Shown here: piece after piece, positions 16,708 to 24,398 of the stretch
How positions within the stretch are numbered: position 1 is the first letter of the stretch
How the letters are laid out: each line of letters opens with the position of its first letter
Assembly (NCBI GenBank): GCA_045604745.1
Contig: JAZUOR010000124.1
Location: 1-40,293, forward strand
Length of the DNA: 40,293 bases
Direction of reading: 5' to 3'
DNA from: Acutalibacteraceae bacterium
GTDB lineage: Bacteria > Bacillota > Clostridia > Oscillospirales > Acutalibacteraceae
Notes under the pieces: model-generated
What the model saw: the letters and a program-made list of their open reading frames with translations, nothing else
Databases searched by the model: none
Told to the model about the DNA's origin: nothing
Made by a program: the position numbers and the translations under genes

Positions 16708-18801
16708 GTGTCTCATTCTAAGACTTCAATCTATCTGAACGCTATCGGTTGTTTTGCTCGTTATTGGATTAGTAATATTTTCCCCACTGAATACCGTATG
16801 CTTGAAATGCAACCAGAGGGTGTCAATTCCATTAATCTCAGTAGCAAATATCTATATAGCGACGAGGTGCAACTTGCTAAGCTCAAAGAAAATAGAGACA
16901 CTGATATCTTTTTAGCCGCATGTTTTAGCTTGCTGTTCACACGGTATATATCTACCACAATTAATGAGGATGTTAAATACAATAGCATTAATCGTCCTAT
17001 ATTGACTTTTGTTTCCAAAAAAGGGTACTGGCTTTATAGAGTTGCACGAAATGGTCTCTGCTTTATTAAGGATGTATTTTCAAGTAGCACCTATGAAGAG
17101 TGCACAAATTTCTGGAGTGAACTAGTAGAAGTAAAAAGTGATCGATACTTTTTAAAATCGCCCCAAATAAATATGTACTCAAATTGTAATATTATTTTGA
17201 TTGATGATATTAGTCATACAGGTGAAAGCATTTCCGAATTTACAAACACAATGTGGAATGATGGGAGAACAATTCACTGCATAGTATTCGCCATCCACCA
17301 AGATGCTTTGATTCTACTTTCAGAAAAACATATACCTATATACTCTCCAAATAAGGACTTGGACAACGATGCCCTTGGAGAACTTTCTATAAGACAAGTC
17401 GCACTATTTCAAGCACTTGGTGTCCCCTACGCTATTGATCTTCCAATAATAAAACTTGAAAATACGCATTGCCATGAAACCCACAATATTGGAGCATCAT
17501 TTTCAAGTGGATTTATTTCTTTTGATGTCTTTAACAGAATACGTAAGGAGTGCAACGAAAAGGGATGGAAATGTGTTGACACCTCTTTCTTCATTGCGCC
17601 TGACGAAGAAGTAAAAAGCTGTGTCTTTTGCCTGAATACAGACCCACTAATGCCAAAGTATAAGAATTTGTTTCAGAACCTTGTGGTTGAGTGCAGCTAT
17701 AGACATATAGGAGAATATGTGGATGTTTCTCTTGTTCCTTTCGCGATTATGCGCTCAATAAATTTCTATGAATTATTTACTCTATATAATATTGTTTTCA
17801 AAGATACCGATTACAGAGACGAACTATTTATCTTTATAAAAAAATATATTCCTAGCAAAAGATTTTATCAGAATAAACATAATATATACTTTTTCAATAT
17901 CTTGATTACTGCATTATATCGATCATTAGTATATTTTTTCAGTTTGTATGTATCGAAACAATTCCATGAACTATTGAGTCATTATGATATCTTTCTTTGG
18001 ATTGATAACAGCCACGTTTCAGAGCATTGGGACGAATGTTTCTTCAACAGTAACGTTATAGCTTTATTTTCCGATCAATCCGATATTTCTTATAAAGCGC
18101 TTAATTCGATTTTTGAAAAAATATATGCAGTAAACGACATAGAATTAAGCGATGAGTACTGGACTTCAAAAAAAGAGATTTATCCTTTAGCATCATACGA
18201 AAATCTATACTTTATTATGCATAAGTTTTTTTCGCAACCAATAACACATAAAAAAACAAATTTTTGTTCCATCGAACGACTGGAAGCAACTATGTCAAAA
18301 ATTTCAGGAAAACAAATCGATGATTTGTCTTTTCGTAATGAGTTCACACAAACCATTCTTCGAATGTTGAATCAAAGCGCAATAAGCAACTCAATATATT
18401 TTGATCGTAGCAGCGGATTTGTTTTACGCGGATTTCGCCCCGGAGAAAACTGCAATCTACTTCTGCCCTTCAATCAACCTACAGTATTCTGCGCATTATA
18501 CGAGTATTACTCTTGTTGCATCAACAGTTCTACAGAAAAAAATAATGCAGTCTCAATATACAAAAAAAACTATGATCAGATGACAAAGATGCTTTTAGAT
18601 TATATATATGATGCAAGGCTTAACACTTATTTGGATGTAAATGAAACAAAGCATCTATTGGATTATTATCGAAATATTGACCCTGAAGTTCACATTAAAA
18701 ACAAAAAGTACATTGTAACGAATTTAAATGAAAAAAAATCTACTGATGCAATCTTAGCTAAGGTATTACAGAGTCAAGTTCGAACATTTCCATTGCAGTA
18801 A
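16708..18801 (+). CDS. large PRTase-like (phosphoribosyltransferase-fold) protein with a C-terminal region of about 470 aa of unknown function
   Basis: 697-aa ORF. The PRPP-loop signature NIILIDDISHTGESI (nt 17188-17232) lies about 60 aa after a candidate PPi-loop strand, ILTFVSKKGYWLYRVA. The start is uncertain: GTG at 16708 or ATG at 16795. Confidence 0.7.
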   Translation: MSHSKTSIYLNAIGCFARYWISNIFPTEYRMLEMQPEGVNSINLSSKYLYSDEVQLAKLKENRDTDIFLAACFSLLFTRYISTTINEDVKYNSINRPILTFVSKKGYWLYRVARNGLCFIKDVFSSSTYEECTNFWSELVEVKSDRYFLKSPQINMYSNCNIILIDDISHTGESISEFTNTMWNDGRTIHCIVFAIHQDALILLSEKHIPIYSPNKDLDNDALGELSIRQVALFQALGVPYAIDLPIIKLENTHCHETHNIGASFSSGFISFDVFNRIRKECNEKGWKCVDTSFFIAPDEEVKSCVFCLNTDPLMPKYKNLFQNLVVECSYRHIGEYVDVSLVPFAIMRSINFYELFTLYNIVFKDTDYRDELFIFIKKYIPSKRFYQNKHNIYFFNILITALYRSLVYFFSLYVSKQFHELLSHYDIFLWIDNSHVSEHWDECFFNSNVIALFSDQSDISYKALNSIFEKIYAVNDIELSDEYWTSKKEIYPLASYENLYFIMHKFFSQPITHKKTNFCSIERLEATMSKISGKQIDDLSFRNEFTQTILRMLNQSAISNSIYFDRSSGFVLRGFRPGENCNLLLPFNQPTVFCALYEYYSCCINSSTEKNNAVSIYKKNYDQMTKMLLDYIYDARLNTYLDVNETKHLLDYYRNIDPEVHIKNKKYIVTNLNEKKSTDAILAKVLQSQVRTFPLQ

Positions 18802-18872
18802 GTAACCGCATCACGCTTAGAGCTATAGCTAAATTGCTAGACTATTTTGTGTTTTGTAAGGATTTGATTTTA

Positions 18873-21800
18873 ATGACATGTTTTATCGAACAATGCTTTC
18901 GGAAACGTATTCTTCAGCACCCTGGCGGAAAGGACATCTTGAACAAATGGGAGTCAGATAAAAAGGCTTATCGAGATAGAACTGCTTTGACCGCATTTGA
19001 CTTTCAGCATTTTAGCATGCATGATGAAAGTCACTCTGTAAAGATTCTTAATTATGTTGAGTTGCTTTTAGGCAAAAATCGAATTGCTAATGATTTAAGC
19101 GTAGGCGATTTATGGCTATTGTTAGAGTGCGCATACTTCCATGATATTGGTATGACTCTGACCAAAGATCAGCGAACTAATCTTTGGTTAAATGATAAGA
19201 AATTCAGAGAATACATCACTGACCGATTGAAAGATAATTCAATTGGTCCCCATCGCGATATATTTGAGGCAGCCCAATACTATAAACATGTAGATGACCT
19301 CCTGAATGGCAAATATTCCTCCGAGGTGCTGGACGAAGATATTACTCATACACCAGATTGGCCAGAAACCCTTAACGATAAAATCCGATTGTTAATGACT
19401 GACTATATTCGCCAGCATCATGCGGATTATTGCAGGAATGCATTAGATGAAATCGTGATCAAGGACAGTGAATTCTTCGACGGAGTAATAGAAAAACGAT
19501 TATATGAACTAGTTTCCATTATCTCAGCACAACACACGAAAGAGTTTCACAATATTTTTCTTGATCTCCAGTATCAAGAGATTGCTTTTGGAAATATATA
19601 TATTCATCCGCAGTTTATTGCCGCATTACTTCGCATCGGAGATGTGCTAGATATAGATAATAACCGTTTTAACGTTAGAGTTTTAGACCATATCGGCACT
19701 TTGCCTCCATCGAGTGCTCTTCATCTTGAAAAACATAAATCTTTAACAAACTACAACGTGAGTTCTTACGGAATTACAGCTGTTGCATGTTCATCTGATC
19801 TTGATGTCTGTAAGATCACTCGTGATTGGTTTAACTGGATCGAATCTGAGGTCAAAGAAATAAAATATCATTGGAACAACATTGCTCCCAAAAGACTCAA
19901 TCATTGTCGCCTGAAATTTTGTGATTTAAGAGTGTTCCTTAATGGGAATGAATTTACTTCGCATAATGTTAATCAGTTCAGTTTTGACAGCCGCAAGATG
20001 CAGAAGCTATTAATTGGCGATAGTATATATTCTTGCAAACTCGATTGTATTCGAGAATACATACAAAATTCCATAGATGCGTCAAAAGTAAAAGTATGGG
20101 AAATCCTAAAACACGAAAACGCTGAATATCTCTTCAAAAACAGCAACCATAGTTGGCCTTGGTCAATGACATTGCCATGTGACCTTAAGGAAGATATATT
20201 TAATCAATTTCCTATTAGTATCGAACTATCATTACGTAAGGCAACTAAGCTAGGCGAAATTGATCAGATTATCTTTTCAATTCATGACTACGGAATCGGG
20301 ATGGATAGCGCCTGTGTAAAAGACATAACTACTATCGGTAAAGGCTGGCGTAATCGCCTAGAGTATCAAGATGTATTTTGCAGTGCACCGAAGTGGTTAC
20401 GTCCTACTGGCGGATTTGGAATCGGCATTCAATCTGCATTTATGCTGACGGATCAAGTAATCTATTTAACTCGGTCTGAAAACGAACCATACGGTCATGT
20501 AATTAGATTGGATTCACCATCTAAGGGAGGCAATGTCAGTGATGAGATTCGAAAAGGTGTTTTAAGAGGCACAAAAGTTGAGTTTGCTATTGATGCATTT
20601 TTGTTTTTAGATCCCAGTTTGTTAGGTCTGAGTAACACAGTACAAGAGTATGTCCGCAAAAAAATGAACGCAACAGTCGCAGCGATGTTTTCAGACCAAT
20701 ATTTGTTAGAGCTTGCTGGAACAGTATGTCGTGGATATATTGAGGAACAGCTTCCTAATTCGCTATTTCCGATTCGTTTTAGCTTCCGAGGACAAAAATC
20801 CATTTTGTTACCTTCACCTAGCTATTACGAATATGATATAATCGGTAATGAGATTGTTGGTAAGTACCCGCTTCGCATGCATTCTTTTAAGGACATGAAT
20901 ACTACCGACGTTTTTGAGGATAGCTCAAAAGACTCTTATGTATACCACATTCTTCCCAATGAGCAGATCCCCACTTACGATGGGCGTGATAAAAAAATCA
21001 TTCTATGGAGTCGTACTCACATGGATTGTGTTGATTTTATATTTTCAGATGCACCATTGAATCATTCAATAGGAAAGTCGGCAACCATAACTTTTAAGGA
21101 TATTTTAGTGCCAGATCACGGAAAAGAACTGGAAATCCCAAATGTAATATATAGATATAATCTTTTGGGCCAAACTGCTGGAAACGCACTTCTTGTAAGC
21201 CGTGCAAAGCTAAATCGTGATTTTGAAAGTATTTTTCTTGAAAGACTATATCAATATCTTTATTGCGCCCTTACGATTCTAATCCCTGAATCGATAAAAG
21301 AAAATATTGTTACAGCAAATAGCTATAAGCGAATGTTGTTTGCTTTGATATCTCAGAAAGCATTCCAAAAAGGTCTTTCTGATACAATAAATACATTACA
21401 AATATGTGATCATGCAGACAGCACATATCTGAACACTATTTACCATATCAAACCCACCAATCCAGACGCAGATGACTCATTGCAATATAGTATTGTTAGA
21501 GAAGATGCCAAAAATGCAATTAGCGAATTACTGAAAATACTTAGCAAGTATCACGAGAACCCTTCGCAATGCTTTGTTCTTTACACCCTATCTCATATTG
21601 ATAATACGAACGAATCCATTGTTCCGTCAGCACATTCTTGGATCTCTGTGTTTTCCATTCAACAAACCGAATACTATAATAGCGATGAACTAGAATCTGA
21701 AAATGCGGATAATCTGGACAGCGAATACGATTCTCTTTATTGCGGATTTTTTGAGCAAGATATCGCATCCACAAAATATTCTAGTAAAAAGGAATATGAT

Positions 21801-22379
21801 TCATTGCTGCAAAATATATGTATATTCAGCGAGGATTGGGAGTATTGTTTTGCTAATCTTTTGATAGATAAAAATACTGTGCTAATAAAAAAAATAAGTC
21901 CATTTGTGTTATCCGTAGAAAGTGACGCTCCAACCCTTAATCGGTATTATAAGATAACAAAATTCCATTTTAAAAATGTTGATTCATCAGATATTGATCA
22001 TGAAATTTATCATACTCATCCTTTGTTTGATGACTTAGCATGTCAAGCTAAATATCCACAATTGAGAGTAAAGGCAGTACCTTTCCCAAAATCCGGCAAG
22101 AGTAGCAATTTCAAATTTGCGCATCTTATTCCCGGAAAGGAAATACTAGGCAGCTTAACTGAAGTTGGTTTGAATCATAGGGAAATTACCACAGAAGCTA
22201 TCAGGCAAGCTTTAATTACAGACGCTGGTCTATTAACTGACTTCAAACGTTTGGTTAGGTGGACATACATACACCAATATAAAAATTCAAACGACAATTC
22301 ATATTCCTACCAAGAAATAGAGCAGGCGTACTTGACGATGCTTCTCGATATTATCAAAAGCCTAAACTTCTCAAAATAA
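18873..22379 (+). CDS. giant HD-domain phosphohydrolase fused to a GHKL (Bergerat-fold) ATPase, with a C-terminal region of about 600 aa of unknown function
   Basis: HD motifs: HDESHSV, AYFHDIGM (nt 19140-19145 encode HD), RQHHADY and LLRIGDVLDID. GHKL motifs: N-box IREYIQNSIDA (about 20049-20087), G1 DYGIGMD (20286-20306), G2 GGFGIGIQSAF (20409-20441) and RGTKVEF. I chose the ATG at 18873; the ORF track opens at a TTG at 18834. Confidence 0.8.
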   Translation: MTCFIEQCFRKRILQHPGGKDILNKWESDKKAYRDRTALTAFDFQHFSMHDESHSVKILNYVELLLGKNRIANDLSVGDLWLLLECAYFHDIGMTLTKDQRTNLWLNDKKFREYITDRLKDNSIGPHRDIFEAAQYYKHVDDLLNGKYSSEVLDEDITHTPDWPETLNDKIRLLMTDYIRQHHADYCRNALDEIVIKDSEFFDGVIEKRLYELVSIISAQHTKEFHNIFLDLQYQEIAFGNIYIHPQFIAALLRIGDVLDIDNNRFNVRVLDHIGTLPPSSALHLEKHKSLTNYNVSSYGITAVACSSDLDVCKITRDWFNWIESEVKEIKYHWNNIAPKRLNHCRLKFCDLRVFLNGNEFTSHNVNQFSFDSRKMQKLLIGDSIYSCKLDCIREYIQNSIDASKVKVWEILKHENAEYLFKNSNHSWPWSMTLPCDLKEDIFNQFPISIELSLRKATKLGEIDQIIFSIHDYGIGMDSACVKDITTIGKGWRNRLEYQDVFCSAPKWLRPTGGFGIGIQSAFMLTDQVIYLTRSENEPYGHVIRLDSPSKGGNVSDEIRKGVLRGTKVEFAIDAFLFLDPSLLGLSNTVQEYVRKKMNATVAAMFSDQYLLELAGTVCRGYIEEQLPNSLFPIRFSFRGQKSILLPSPSYYEYDIIGNEIVGKYPLRMHSFKDMNTTDVFEDSSKDSYVYHILPNEQIPTYDGRDKKIILWSRTHMDCVDFIFSDAPLNHSIGKSATITFKDILVPDHGKELEIPNVIYRYNLLGQTAGNALLVSRAKLNRDFESIFLERLYQYLYCALTILIPESIKENIVTANSYKRMLFALISQKAFQKGLSDTINTLQICDHADSTYLNTIYHIKPTNPDADDSLQYSIVREDAKNAISELLKILSKYHENPSQCFVLYTLSHIDNTNESIVPSAHSWISVFSIQQTEYYNSDELESENADNLDSEYDSLYCGFFEQDIASTKYSSKKEYDSLLQNICIFSEDWEYCFANLLIDKNTVLIKKISPFVLSVESDAPTLNRYYKITKFHFKNVDSSDIDHEIYHTHPLFDDLACQAKYPQLRVKAVPFPKSGKSSNFKFAHLIPGKEILGSLTEVGLNHREITTEAIRQALITDAGLLTDFKRLVRWTYIHQYKNSNDNSYSYQEIEQAYLTMLLDIIKSLNFSK

Positions 22380-22413
22380 AAAGTGGAAGGTTAAACTTGC
22401 GTAGAACTGAACT

Positions 22414-22456
22414 CAACCACTAAACTCGAGCTCCAATGAGCCGAGTTTAGTGGTTG
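22414..22456 (+). terminator. 15-bp perfect-stem hairpin downstream of the cassette (probable terminator)
   Basis: CAACCACTAAACTCG, a 13-nt loop, then CGAGTTTAGTGGTTG, followed by CTTCTTTCTT, 35 nt after the stop codon. Confidence 0.6.
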
Positions 22457-22982
22457 CTTCTTTCTTAGTAATCATCGAAGGGTGGCGAAGCCACTTGATA
22501 AGGTACAATAAAAATAGACATGGTTTTCAGGCTCTTGGTAGAATGAAGTTGCTACACAAACATTCGAAAGGAGAGCAGCCCTTGACGGTGGCGTTGACAT
22601 CTTGAATCCCCATTGCACCCCCATTGAGTTCCGGCAACATGACGGAACTCCTAGACCTCAATTTTTCTTCTTAGCACCGCACTACAACAGAATTATTCCG
22701 AGAGTTCAGCTTCGCATAAATAAATTCACCTACATCATCCTTTTCGTATTACACATACATTATTGGGGTACAATTTAGATGCCCCAGCAAAAAGCCGCAC
22801 AATAGTGCTTTTTTGCGTTAAGAACCTGAATTTTTCGTTGGTGTACAAAAGATGACATATCGCTTTTTCCGATGCTGAACTCAAACATAAACGCATAAAT
22901 CATCCAATTTTGATGGTCAAGAGTAAAAAATCAAAATATTTTTTGATTTATAGACACCACAAACAATTAATTATTCGAAGCA

Positions 22983-23033
22983 AAGCCCGCAGTTTACCCA
23001 AGGAGAAATCCTCAATAGACTGCGGGCTTTTTC
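22983..23033 (+). terminator. conserved terminator-like hairpin upstream of paralog 2 (copy 2)
   Basis: AAGCCCGCAGT...ACTGCGGGCTT followed by TTT, with the same CAAGGAGAAATCCT loop core as copy 1. Confidence 0.6.
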
Positions 23034-23065
23034 TATTTTAAACCAAAAATGAGGAGGTATCATTC

Positions 23066-23599
23066 ATGTACTTTTCAGACAGTCCGTCCACCAGACCTCG
23101 CTTCCCCTGTCAGACCGATCCGCCCACTACATGGGATGCCATGATCCTCTCCGTGTTGAGTGATCTTGATAACGACAACTTCCGGTACCGGCTCAACAGG
23201 ATGATTACAAGAGGAAAACCATCCGGCATATTCTTTGCAAATGAAACTCACTACCGGATATTCTACCGAGGCTCAAAGCAGCTCCGGCAGGATCGCCCGT
23301 ATATGCTTGCGGTGGTATATCTGCTCTCCTCCTGTAAAAGATTGTGGTCAAGAGTCTGCAGCGATAAGCTGCCAAGTGAGATCGTATCCGATGATAAGGC
23401 TATAGGCAAAGTCAATGGAAACATCTACACCATATACTCATTCGCAAAGGATTTGCACACCGGCTCACGCCACATATCGGTCGGAGATATGGCAGATGTC
23501 CTGCTTATCCCCGACAAACAGTTCGTTCTCATCTGCAACGCCATCACAATACACAGCTTTGGCGTAGCGGCTTTGGACTTTATGCCGAACGAATCATAA
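23066..23599 (+). CDS. conserved mobile-element hypothetical protein, paralog 2
   Basis: 177 aa, with RBS GAGGAGG. Paralogous to 15911-16444. Confidence 0.75.
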   Translation: MYFSDSPSTRPRFPCQTDPPTTWDAMILSVLSDLDNDNFRYRLNRMITRGKPSGIFFANETHYRIFYRGSKQLRQDRPYMLAVVYLLSSCKRLWSRVCSDKLPSEIVSDDKAIGKVNGNIYTIYSFAKDLHTGSRHISVGDMADVLLIPDKQFVLICNAITIHSFGVAALDFMPNES

Positions 23600-23709
23600 T
23601 CGGCTACTCACAATGATGCGAGGGAAATCTTGTGCATTGTTGGTATAGATATCAGCCAACCGAGGTGATATTGTCTTGAACTAAAATACGACTGGAGGAG
23701 GTGATCACC

Positions 23710-23994
23710 ATGCAATCGGAAACCATCAGGCAGCTATATAACGGAACACTTGTGCCAAGCGAATGGCCTTTGCCGGACACTCTGGAAAACACATCTCTCA
23801 ACGCTGAAGTAGTTGAACGGCTCAATGCCCTGCTCAATCGTCTGGACGACGAGGATAAAAAGGCACTCGGAGAACTCATGAGCGCAAAGAATCTTATGAT
23901 GCAGCGCTATTCCGAGCAGGCATTTGTTGACGGCTACAAGACTGCCACCACTCTGCTGTTTGAGGGGCTTGCCGGATTAGAACGAATCGAATAA
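23710..23994 (+). CDS. small conserved ICE hypothetical protein
   Basis: 94 aa from the ATG at 23710 after GGAGGAGG. The QLYNGTLVPSEW N-terminus resembles small helical proteins common in Clostridia conjugative elements. A hairpin (GCCGCATGAA...TTCATGCGGC, 24015-24044) follows. Confidence 0.6.
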   Translation: MQSETIRQLYNGTLVPSEWPLPDTLENTSLNAEVVERLNALLNRLDDEDKKALGELMSAKNLMMQRYSEQAFVDGYKTATTLLFEGLAGLERIE

Positions 23995-24073
23995 GTGAAA
24001 CCCACAGCCGCTATGCCGCATGAAGCTCATCTGTTTCATGCGGCAATTTCTATAACCGAAGGAGAAATTCTCA

Positions 24074-24385
24074 ATGAATAAATTTGACAGAATGCGCCGG
24101 GATGCCGAAATAAACAAACGGCTGTATCCTCCCGGAACACGCATCGAGCTCATCAAAATGAACGATCCTTACGCACCCGTAGAACCGTTGACGACAGGCA
24201 CGGTTGTCGCTGTTGACGATGCCGGAAGTCTCATCATGAAGTGGGATAACGGCAGAACCCTTTCCGTCATTCCCGGCGAAGATTCTTTCCGTAAAATCGC
24301 ACTGGAGGCAGAACAGTCTGCGTCAGAAGCTCCCGAAAACAATGCGGAAGAACCTACTGAAGAATCCCCCACAATAAGTATGTAA
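24074..24385 (+). CDS. DUF4314-like small protein
   Basis: YPPGTRIELIKMNDPYAPVEPLTTGTVVAVDDAGSLIMKWDNGRTLSVIPGEDSF matches my recollection of the DUF4314 core seen in Firmicutes mobile elements. Confidence 0.65.
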   Translation: MNKFDRMRRDAEINKRLYPPGTRIELIKMNDPYAPVEPLTTGTVVAVDDAGSLIMKWDNGRTLSVIPGEDSFRKIALEAEQSASEAPENNAEEPTEESPTISM

Positions 24386-24398
24386 AGGAGAAATAACA

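Larger units (their letters stand above)
16498..22756. other. AT-rich foreign cargo islet between the two direct-repeat copies
   Basis: Hand counts of sample 60-nt lines give about 18-45% G+C inside (17821: 11/60; 20401: 27/60) versus about 65% in a flank line (13201: 39/60). Codons are A/T-rich (AAA, AAT, ATA, TTT). Confidence 0.75.
22757..23647 (+). repeat. right copy of the diverged direct repeat of about 0.9 kb
   Basis: See the left copy (15609-16497). Element order is the same: flank-like sequence, CCGCAC hairpin remnant, AAGCCCGCAG hairpin, paralog gene, TGTGCATTGTTGGTAT box. Confidence 0.75.

Noticed and set aside
22560-22660. Possible tRNA 3' fragment or att core (CTTGAATCCCCATTGCACCCCCA resembles T-loop/acceptor/CCA)
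   Set aside because: I could not pair a T-stem or acceptor stem around it, and it does not match the 3' end of the adjacent tRNA-Pro. The resemblance is limited to a TTGAATCC-like hexamer.
22790-22815. A 14-nt match (CCGCACAATAGTGC) to the reverse complement of the tRNA terminator hairpin, considered as an inverted att core
   Set aside because: The hairpin is itself palindromic. The match is better explained as the same-orientation, diverged copy of the terminator within the ~0.9 kb direct repeat.
15620-23650. Integrase, recombinase or transposase that would explain the islet insertion
   Set aside because: No ORF in this interval shows tyrosine or serine recombinase motifs or a DDE motif. 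The only ORFs are the two paralogs and the two cassette genes, so mobility has to be inferred in trans.
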